Source: a virus. From it: a stretch of 64,000 bases of DNA. A program made the translations under genes and the position numbers. Numbering within the stretch: the stretch's first letter is position 1; the number at the start of each line of letters is the position of its first letter. The stretch covers positions 32,001 to 96,000 of IMG/VR virus record IMGVR_UViG_3300027747_002198; one strand, given 5' to 3'. The notes beneath the pieces are model-generated. The model did no database searches and was not told where the DNA came from. It worked only from the letters and a program-made list of their open reading frames with translations. Shown here in pieces: positions 50,749 to 56,791 of the stretch.

Positions 50749-51015
50749 ATGTTAAAAACATCAACAATGCCAGAAGTTAAGTTCAGCAAAAACGGATATG
50801 AAATCCGCACAGAAGTCCTCGATATGGCCAAAGGTCTTATCACCGAAGAATACCACTCCAAGTTTGCCGGTTGGGAAATGAGTGCTAAACGTGATGAAAA
50901 AACTGGTCAAATCGTTACTACAGTTGGTATGCCAACATTCCCAGGTCTTGATGAGGTATTAACTGCCGCAGAAAAGATGTATGCGTTTGTTAATACCGGA
51001 TCTAGTAAGAAATGA
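50749..51015 (+). CDS. Hypothetical protein
   Basis: 88 aa, AAGGA SD. Confidence 0.65.
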   Translation: MLKTSTMPEVKFSKNGYEIRTEVLDMAKGLITEEYHSKFAGWEMSAKRDEKTGQIVTTVGMPTFPGLDEVLTAAEKMYAFVNTGSSKK

Positions 51016-51113
51016 AAACTATCAAAAAATTTATTCTTGCCGTTCTTGAGGTTATCCAAGATGCTAGGCAACTACAAACTGAAGAAATGAAAAAGAGGTA
51101 TTTTCAAAGATGA
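51012..51113 (+). CDS. Unlisted 33-aa ORF MKTIKKFILAVLEVIQDARQLQTEEMKKRYFQR
   Basis: ATGA overlaps at both ends. Confidence 0.5.
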   Translation: MKTIKKFILAVLEVIQDARQLQTEEMKKRYFQR

Positions 51114-51175
51114 ACAACTGGTGGCCTGTAACCGATGAAGAATGGGAAGAATTAAACTTCCCAAACGGTAAATAG
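51110..51175 (+). CDS. Unlisted 21-aa ORF MNNWWPVTDEEWEELNFPNGK
   Basis: ATGA overlap, GAGGT SD, ends just before a terminator. Confidence 0.45.
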   Translation: MNNWWPVTDEEWEELNFPNGK

Positions 51176-51176
51176 T

Positions 51177-51205
51177 AAAAGGGACCTTGACTGGTCCCTT
51201 TCTTT
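51177..51205 (+). terminator. Intrinsic terminator whose loop is a -35 box
   Basis: AAAGGGACC-TTGACT-GGTCCCTTT then CTTT. Confidence 0.75.
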
Positions 51206-51215
51206 ATGTTATAAT
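51187..51215 (+). promoter_or_regulatory. Sigma70-type promoter
   Basis: TTGACT-17-TATAAT with TGn. Confidence 0.75.
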
Positions 51216-51224
51216 GGATATATT

Positions 51225-51461
51225 ATGAAAACTTTGAACAAAACTCGACCTGGATATATTGCTAGTACAACTGGTGGTAAAGCTATTCTCAAAAAGGTTC
51301 GTTCTAAAACGAATTCTGACATTTATTATACCTATTCAAATTGGGCAACTAATGAGATTGACGGTATAACTTTTATCCCTGTAGTAAAATCATTGCCCGA
51401 TCCAAAGAAAAATCAGGTAATTCATTATATGCGTAAAGATAATATGGAGTTTATCAAGTGA
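51225..51461 (+). CDS. Hypothetical protein
   Basis: 78-aa ORF after promoter. Confidence 0.55.
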   Translation: MKTLNKTRPGYIASTTGGKAILKKVRSKTNSDIYYTYSNWATNEIDGITFIPVVKSLPDPKKNQVIHYMRKDNMEFIK

Positions 51462-51667
51462 ATAAGATTCAAAATTGGAATGTGTATCAACGTAGATTAT
51501 TTGAAGCTGGTAGTAAAGACGATATGAAAATTGCTAGAAAATTTTTTCATAATAATAAATGGGAAAATGGATGTCCATTTTTCCTAGAATGGCCTTATTT
51601 GGACATTCCGTCAATGCTGAAAGATAAAATTACACAATATGCTCTAAAAGGACTATATCATGATTGA
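51458..51667 (+). CDS. Hypothetical protein
   Basis: 69 aa, GGAG SD, CPFFLEWPY motif. Confidence 0.55.
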   Translation: MNKIQNWNVYQRRLFEAGSKDDMKIARKFFHNNKWENGCPFFLEWPYLDIPSMLKDKITQYALKGLYHD

Positions 51668-51833
51668 TTGGTTAATGTATTCGGGTTGTAATATTACTTT
51701 GAAACTAAATCCATTTCATTGGAGAATTTCCTTTAAATATAATAAAACAAATGAAGTATGGGAACAAGATGCTTTAGTAATTGAGCTATTGCCCATCACA
51801 ATTCGTATTTGGTTTGATAATGGTGAATGGTAA
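51660..51833 (+). CDS. Unlisted 57-aa Trp-rich ORF (MIDWLMYSGC...FDNGEW)
   Basis: AAGGA SD; fills the gap between neighbours; TAATG coupling downstream. Confidence 0.5.
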   Translation: MIDWLMYSGCNITLKLNPFHWRISFKYNKTNEVWEQDALVIELLPITIRIWFDNGEW

Positions 51834-52435
51834 TGATACCAAGAAAAATAAACAATTTTCTCGATAAAGAAAATTTAGAATTACATTTTTTAAAAGATAT
51901 TGTTGATAATGATAGGCGTCTGCGTTTTGGTGGTTCTCTTAGTGATGATGCTATTAAAACATATTTAAAATCTTCTTTTGTGGATTTTGGTATTAACAAT
52001 ATGTGGTTCATTATTGATGTGGAATCACCAGAAACTTTTGGTCGTAAAGTTGTAGCTACTTGCCATGTGAATTATGATTACCGAACAAATACAGCTGAAT
52101 TAGGATTAACTGTTAGTACCGATTATCGTAACCAAAAAATTGGCCAAGAACTGTATAATCGGGGAGTTACATGGGCTCGAATGAAAGGAGCTGAAATTAT
52201 CTTCATGCATTGTTTATCCGAAAATACTACAATGCAACACATTGCTCGTAAGAATGGTATGTCAGTAGTTACGATTGATCCTACAGAAAAACAATCTTCA
52301 ATTAAGGTTGCTAAGAATCCAATTACTGCCGGATATGAAGATACTATCTATGAACAGATGGCTGTTTTTGATATGGTTGTAAGAAACCAAAAATGGTTTT
52401 TTAAGAGTTTTATGAAAGCATTTGGTGTAAAATAA
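51827..52435 (+). CDS. GNAT-family acetyltransferase
   Basis: AELGLTVSTDYRNQKIG, CLSEN..MQHIARK.GM. Confidence 0.8.
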   Translation: MVMIPRKINNFLDKENLELHFLKDIVDNDRRLRFGGSLSDDAIKTYLKSSFVDFGINNMWFIIDVESPETFGRKVVATCHVNYDYRTNTAELGLTVSTDYRNQKIGQELYNRGVTWARMKGAEIIFMHCLSENTTMQHIARKNGMSVVTIDPTEKQSSIKVAKNPITAGYEDTIYEQMAVFDMVVRNQKWFFKSFMKAFGVK

Positions 52436-53002
52436 ATGTTTATAAAATTAAAAAACAAATTTATCGTTGATGGAAATAAATTCAATACAGGTAATGAAAT
52501 AGTTAATTATGGTTATAATGTTGATGGCCAATTTAAAGGAATTTCATATTTTAAAGTTGAGGGAAATATCTTTCAGGAAGTTTTAAAAGTTGTTCCGGAA
52601 AGGTATAGAAAAAATTTTGCAATTTCATATATGAAAATTAACGATTTGGTTCCTGCACACACAGATAATAATATATTAACTTCTATTAATTTTTATATTA
52701 AGCCTGGAAATTGTTTGACTCAATTTTATGAACTTAAATATAAAAATATAATTAAAAAAAAACATCCAAGTACAATTAAAAATTATATTGCCGGTGATGG
52801 ATTAACTTTTGATGAAAAAGATTTAAATCCAACGAAAAGTTTTATTGCTGAAGAAAATGACGTGTGGTTATTGGATGTTACAAAACCACATGCAGTTAAA
52901 CCTTTAGGAGAAAATACGGAAAGAATTGCAATTACAGTAGCTTCATTAATTTATGATTATAATTTGGTATGTAAAATGTTAAAAGAAACCGGTAATTTAT
53001 AA
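52436..53002 (+). CDS. Hypothetical protein, possible 2OG-Fe(II)/cupin fold
   Basis: PAHTD...PHAV....R motif; very AT-rich. Confidence 0.5.
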   Translation: MFIKLKNKFIVDGNKFNTGNEIVNYGYNVDGQFKGISYFKVEGNIFQEVLKVVPERYRKNFAISYMKINDLVPAHTDNNILTSINFYIKPGNCLTQFYELKYKNIIKKKHPSTIKNYIAGDGLTFDEKDLNPTKSFIAEENDVWLLDVTKPHAVKPLGENTERIAITVASLIYDYNLVCKMLKETGNL

Positions 53003-53628
53003 TGGAAAGTTTTAGAACTTTTACCATGTACGGAACATCAGAATCAAACACTTCAATTCAAGTTATGGTCGATGGTGTTATTTGTAAAAATGGAGTAGTT
53101 GAGGGTAATAACTTATTTTCTTTTCAGAATAATGTTAAAACCCACGGCAAAGTAGAAGTCAAAATACAGGTAAATAGTGGTAGTATAACACTTGGAAAAA
53201 CCATGGTAACATATCCTACATTATATGCAAAAAATGCATTTGCAAAATATAACAAAGGAACGATAACTTTTCCACAACCTTTTCAATCAAAATATGTATT
53301 TAATTCTGGTATATTAACTAAATTTGATCCGAATACAATTACCATAAAAGACCATTTTCAATTTGACCATGTAACATTTAATGGTCCTAATAATTTTTTA
53401 TTGTTATCAGAGAATGATTTGGAACCAAATTTAAATTTAGATAATTTTTATTTTTATAATAGTGATGATAGTAAAAATTTAAAAATTTTACCAATCTATA
53501 ATTATAAAAATGTTTATGTAAGTTGGTCATCAAAACAAGATAATTTAAAGTGTTTAGATATATTATTAACTGAAATATATGGAACATTTGGGCCGGTAGC
53601 TCAGTTGGTTAGAGCAGAGGACTCATAA
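53002..53628 (+). CDS. Hypothetical protein overlapping the 5' half of a tRNA
   Basis: 208 aa, AT-rich; stop codon in the tRNA anticodon loop. Confidence 0.45.
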   Translation: MESFRTFTMYGTSESNTSIQVMVDGVICKNGVVEGNNLFSFQNNVKTHGKVEVKIQVNSGSITLGKTMVTYPTLYAKNAFAKYNKGTITFPQPFQSKYVFNSGILTKFDPNTITIKDHFQFDHVTFNGPNNFLLLSENDLEPNLNLDNFYFYNSDDSKNLKILPIYNYKNVYVSWSSKQDNLKCLDILLTEIYGTFGPVAQLVRAEDS

Positions 53629-53666
53629 TCCTTTGGTCGAAGGTTCAAATCCTTCTCGGCCCACCA
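53590..53666 (+). tRNA. tRNA with CAT anticodon, Ile2 (lysidine)-like; Met-elongator not excluded
   Basis: Cloverleaf GGGCCGG/TCGGCCC-A-CCA, loop CTCATAA, T loop TTCAAAT. Confidence 0.85.
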
Positions 53667-53690
53667 TAAATAATACAAAAAAGGAAAAAG

Positions 53691-54053
53691 ATGGAACATT
53701 GGGGAAAACACCTAATTATCGATGCCAAAGGCTGCGATATACAAAGAGCAAATGATCCAGAATATATCAAACATTTTACCAAAGAATTGGTAAGATTGAT
53801 TGAGATGGTTCCTTTTGGTGAACCACAAGTTGTCCATTTTGCGGATGGTGGCGACAAATCTGGATGGACTATGATACAGTTGATTGAAACATCAAACGTC
53901 ATAGGGCACTTCCTAGACCATAATGGAGACCTTTACCTTGATGTATTCAGTTGTAAAGATTTTTCGGAGCATACGGTTATAGGCGCTTTAAAGATGTTCT
54001 TTTCACCAGGTGAAATTAAACATCAAGTCATTTGGAGAGATGCTCGTAACTAA
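53691..54053 (+). CDS. speD: S-adenosylmethionine decarboxylase proenzyme-like
   Basis: GKHLIIDAKGC, LIETSNV.GH, LYLDVFSCKDF; CATAAATA at 53665. Confidence 0.75.
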   Translation: MEHWGKHLIIDAKGCDIQRANDPEYIKHFTKELVRLIEMVPFGEPQVVHFADGGDKSGWTMIQLIETSNVIGHFLDHNGDLYLDVFSCKDFSEHTVIGALKMFFSPGEIKHQVIWRDARN

Positions 54054-54122
54054 ATAAGTATGTGTGAGTAGTAACGGATTAATGCAATTATTGGGTCAAC
54101 TTATTAGAAGGAGAGACCTAAA

Positions 54123-54635
54123 ATGCAGTTAAGTATAGTCGGTTGTCCCGATAAAAAACATTTCCGGCCGTATGTTAAAAGAGCGGCGCTATTTTACGCA
54201 CAAGAACTTATAAAACCTAAGATGTTGGAAAACATCTTTTTAAGAATTAAATTCAATAGTAAAATGAATGTATACGGATATGCTGAGATTTTAGAGTATA
54301 ATGAAAGCCGTAAAGCAAGAGAATTTCAAATAGAATTAAATCCAAACATTGGTGCGGCAGAAATATTAAAGTGTTTGGCACATGAAATGACCCATATTAA
54401 ACAATACGCTTACAATGAAACCAACGAAACCTTAACTCGTTGGAAAGGTATAAGAGTTGATTCTGATGTGGTAGATTATTGGGTTCAACCATGGGAAATA
54501 GAAGCATTTGGTAGAGAAGTCGGTCTATTTGCCAAGTTTGCAATTAAAGAAAAACTTTGGGATGTATTTTATGGAGTACAAAATCCTGATGGAGCAATAG
54601 AAATTGAAGAATTAGGTTGGAAAGAGCCTATATAA
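54123..54635 (+). CDS. HEXXH zinc metallopeptidase-like protein
   Basis: LAHEMTHIKQ and Y..QPWEIEAF motifs; ACTAAATA at 54049. Confidence 0.7.
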   Translation: MQLSIVGCPDKKHFRPYVKRAALFYAQELIKPKMLENIFLRIKFNSKMNVYGYAEILEYNESRKAREFQIELNPNIGAAEILKCLAHEMTHIKQYAYNETNETLTRWKGIRVDSDVVDYWVQPWEIEAFGREVGLFAKFAIKEKLWDVFYGVQNPDGAIEIEELGWKEPI

Positions 54636-54642
54636 AAGAACA

Positions 54643-54717
54643 ATGAAAAATTTACACATAACAACTTCCAATTATTATAATACATCAGGAACATGGTGTA
54701 GTGGGGTTCGTTTGTAA
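54643..54717 (+). CDS. Putative attenuator leader peptide MKNLHITTSNYYNTSGTWCSGVRL (24 aa)
   Basis: ATG 7 nt after the upstream stop; its 3' end forms the 5' strand of an antiterminator. Confidence 0.6.
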   Translation: MKNLHITTSNYYNTSGTWCSGVRL

Positions 54718-54772
54718 ATTTTTAAGTAACACAGATTTATACGAACCCAAGTCTAAACAACTTGGGTTTTTT
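54704..54772 (+). promoter_or_regulatory. Transcription attenuator: antiterminator (54704-54721/54734-54748) versus terminator (54744-54772)
   Basis: GGGTTCGT/ACGAACCC competes with AACCCAAGT-CTAAACA-ACTTGGGTT-TTTT. Confidence 0.7.
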
Positions 54773-54781
54773 GTTTTCCGT

Positions 54782-54855
54782 GGCCTGCTGGTGTAATGGT
54801 AGCACAAGGCACTCCAAACGCCTTGGTCGGGGTTCGATTCCCTGGTGGGACGCCA
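54782..54855 (+). tRNA. trnW: tRNA-Trp (CCA), non-canonical pairs
   Basis: Loop CTCCAAA, G73 discriminator, encoded CCA, T loop TTCGATT. Confidence 0.85.
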
Positions 54856-54858
54856 ATG

Positions 54859-54934
54859 ATTGTAAAGTTAAAAAACTTTATTGTAAAGTTATTCGTAGTT
54901 GATTGTAAAGTTAAGGTGTTGTGTGGAAACAACA
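54859..54934 (+). repeat. Three phased ATTGTAAAGTTA repeats plus TGTTG-N8-CAACA palindrome
   Basis: Copies at 54859, 54880, 54902; palindrome 54917-54934. Confidence 0.8.
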
Positions 54935-54949
54935 GTATCAAAATGTTAC

Positions 54950-54978
54950 TTGACAGAAAATAGTTTGTCTAGTATAAT
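54950..54978 (+). promoter_or_regulatory. Consensus sigma70 promoter for tRNA-Tyr onward
   Basis: TTGACA-17-TATAAT. Confidence 0.85.
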
Positions 54979-54990
54979 AGTAGTTCAATT

Positions 54991-55074
54991 GGGGTAGAAG
55001 AATCAACGGTGATTCAGCGGCCTGTAAAGCCGCCGCCTCTGGCATGCTTGGTTCGATCCCAAGATACCCCACCA
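54991..55074 (+). tRNA. trnY: tRNA-Tyr (GTA)
   Basis: GCGGC-CTGTAAA-GCCGC arm, long variable arm, A-CCA end. Confidence 0.88.
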
Positions 55075-55161
55075 GATTGTTGTATCAAGTGTAATGATTG
55101 GGTTGAGGACTTCTCGGCCGACAACAACGGAGGTGGCCGTCCCGTTTACATAACGAGCCCC
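55075..55161 (+). ncRNA. Candidate structured RNA (multi-stem, possible pseudoknots)
   Basis: GC-rich non-coding segment with several complementary blocks. Confidence 0.45.
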
Positions 55162-55181
55162 ATATTTTTAAGGAGAGTATT

Positions 55182-55400
55182 ATGAAAAAGAAAAATACTC
55201 CCCAACCTCGGAACTATCTTGTCAAATTGGCATTGTTTCGAAAAGCAGGGAGCCATCGTAAGAGTAACAAAGCAGTAAGGCGTAGTGAGAAGTCAAAAAG
55301 AAGTTATTATAGTGAAGTATACTGCCACTTAATACATATATGTGGAGTCCGGCCGGCGCACCTTCCACGGGTCAGCAATAGGTTCGAAACTATTGTGTAG
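55182..55400 (+). CDS. Small basic protein with arfA-like gene architecture
   Basis: AAGGAG SD; K/R-rich aa 1-40; 3' half inside a 24-bp RNA stem. Confidence 0.55.
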   Translation: MKKKNTPQPRNYLVKLALFRKAGSHRKSNKAVRRSEKSKRSYYSEVYCHLIHICGVRPAHLPRVSNRFETIV

Positions 55401-55420
55401 TGTGCTTCACTATAATAATT
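55302..55420 (+). other. 24-bp RNA stem (4 G-U pairs), putative RNase III substrate, with two internal hairpins
   Basis: 55302-55325 pairs with 55397-55420. Confidence 0.7.
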
Positions 55421-55433
55421 TTGGTCCGCCAAT

Positions 55434-55508
55434 GCCCTTTTAGCACAGCGGTAGTGCAGTGGTTTTGTAAACCAAAGGTCGGGAGTTCAAATCTCTCAGA
55501 GGGCACCA
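55434..55508 (+). tRNA. trnT: tRNA-Thr (TGT)
   Basis: GCCCTTT/AGAGGGC-A-CCA, loop TTTGTAA. Confidence 0.9.
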
Positions 55509-55527
55509 AGTATACCGCACAATGTTC

Positions 55528-55556
55528 TTGACAATGTGTATAAGTAATGTTATAGT
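55528..55556 (+). promoter_or_regulatory. Sigma70-type promoter
   Basis: TTGACA-17-TATAGT with TGn. Confidence 0.75.
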
Positions 55557-55565
55557 ATTGAATAT

Positions 55566-55632
55566 GCGGTGTGTAATAGTACGATGTGAGATACCCTCTT
55601 ATATTATCTGAGCAAAGCAGACCACCGCTCCA
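55566..55632 (+). ncRNA. 67-nt tRNA-like RNA with Gly identity elements (loop triplet ACC), lacking canonical D and T loops
   Basis: GCGGTG/CACCGC-T-CCA acceptor and three hairpin arms. Confidence 0.6.
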
Positions 55633-55652
55633 AATTTTATTAGGGATTTATA

Positions 55653-55814
55653 ATGGCAACTAAAGATAAAACAAAAAAATCTTCAATGACAACCAAAACA
55701 GGTAAGCCTCGTTTAGGTCCTTTAAATGTTGAACAGTTAACTAAATTATTAGATGGTGCTCGTAAGAAACACAAACCAAAAATTTTGAAAGCAATTGCTC
55801 GAAAAGCAGCATGA
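55653..55814 (+). CDS. Unlisted 53-aa basic protein (MATKDKTKK...IARKAA)
   Basis: AGGGA SD, open frame. Confidence 0.55.
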   Translation: MATKDKTKKSSMTTKTGKPRLGPLNVEQLTKLLDGARKKHKPKILKAIARKAA

Positions 55815-55912
55815 GTTCAAATACAAATCCTTCTTGGGGCAAAACACTAACCAAGAAAGAATTGTTGGATATGCTTGACAGAATTTATGCCAAGCAAAAA
55901 AAAGAAAAGTAA
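55811..55912 (+). CDS. Unlisted 33-aa ORF MSSNTNPSWGKTLTKKELLDMLDRIYAKQKKEK
   Basis: ATGA overlap. Confidence 0.4.
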   Translation: MSSNTNPSWGKTLTKKELLDMLDRIYAKQKKEK

Positions 55913-55916
55913 CCTT

Positions 55917-55990
55917 GCGGGATTAGTTTAATGGTAAAACTACAGATTTCCAATCTGTTGTCATCGGTTCGATTCCGTTATCCCGCTCCA
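55917..55990 (+). tRNA. trnG: tRNA-Gly (TCC)
   Basis: GCGGGAT/ATCCCGC-T-CCA, loop TTTCCAA. Confidence 0.92.
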
Positions 55991-55991
55991 T

Positions 55992-56067
55992 TCCTCGATA
56001 GCTCAGTCGGTAGAGCAGCAGACTGTTAATCTGTTGGTCCGTGGTTCAAGTCCACGTTGGGGAGCCA
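55992..56067 (+). tRNA. trnN: tRNA-Asn (GTT)
   Basis: TCCTCGA/TTGGGGA-G-CCA, loop CTGTTAA. Confidence 0.92.
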
Positions 56068-56269
56068 TTGTTGAGAATGTGTGAAAAAGAGTAAGCAATC
56101 CTAACTGTTAAGGAATATCATCACCCTTGAGGTGTCCATCCGAGATCCGGAGATGACTGCTGGCTGAAGCAGTATGAAAGGTGTAATCAAGGGGAGGTCA
56201 GAGCATAGGACGGGTTAAAGACCGCACCGGCGAGAGCCTTTTAAACATAAAACAGTATTCTCAACAATG
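56066..56269 (+). ncRNA. Candidate ~200-nt structured ncRNA
   Basis: 14-bp closing stem CATTGTTGAGAATG/TATTCTCAACAATG and several internal helices. Confidence 0.55.
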
Positions 56270-56299
56270 ACTATATACTTTATTACATAAGGAATTGAT

Positions 56300-56554
56300 A
56301 TGATAATCGTAGATGAAATGACACCAACAAAAGATAACATCATTGTGGATCGTATTGCTGGTGAAAAAGAAACAGAATCAGGAATTATTTTAAAATCATC
56401 CGATGGACCAGACCGTGCAAAAGTGATTGCTATTGGTCCTAAAGTTGATGAAGTTGAAGTTGGTGATGAAGTATTACTTAACTGGAATGGTGCAGTGAAA
56501 ATTGCTAATGAACGTTATGTAATCAAAATTGAACACGTTGTTTTAATTTATTAA
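56300..56554 (+). CDS. groES: GroES/Cpn10-like co-chaperonin
   Basis: P..D.IIV, ETESGIIL mobile loop, AKVIAIGP, VEVGDEVL. Confidence 0.85.
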   Translation: MIIVDEMTPTKDNIIVDRIAGEKETESGIILKSSDGPDRAKVIAIGPKVDEVEVGDEVLLNWNGAVKIANERYVIKIEHVVLIY

Positions 56555-56559
56555 TCTTG

Positions 56560-56634
56560 CGCGGAGTAGTTCAGAGGTAGAACGCTGGACTCATAATCCA
56601 GAGGCCGTTGGTTCGATTCCATCCTCCGCAACCA
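56560..56634 (+). tRNA. Initiator-type tRNA-fMet (CAT)
   Basis: C1-A72 mismatch, CGCGGAG/CTCCGCA-A-CCA, loop CTCATAA. Confidence 0.85.
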
Positions 56635-56647
56635 ACAAGGAGATAAT

Positions 56648-56791
56648 ATGAGTGTGGTTAAATCAAATACTAAAAAAGTTCCTAATGTTCCTAATATTAA
56701 AAATATAGGACCAAAACCAAACATCAAACCTAAAGGTCCTGTTGCGGCCAAATCTTCAGCACCAATGCGTAAAAGTGGGAGAGGACGATGA
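56648..56791 (+). CDS. Unlisted 47-aa K/P-rich basic peptide ending RKSGRGR
   Basis: AAGGAG SD immediately after tRNA-fMet. Confidence 0.55.
   Translation: MSVVKSNTKKVPNVPNIKNIGPKPNIKPKGPVAAKSSAPMRKSGRGR

Noticed and set aside
55302-55420. tRNA or Y-RNA (YrlA) because of GGTTCGAAAC
   Set aside because: The best stem register gives an 8-nt loop, with no acceptor/CCA or D arm; an mRNA stem explains it better, though a Y-RNA-like role is not excluded.
56066-56269. RNase P RNA, tmRNA or group I intron
   Set aside because: No GAGGAAAGUC/ACAGAA-type motifs, no tRNA-Ala-like ends and no P7 core recognised by eye.
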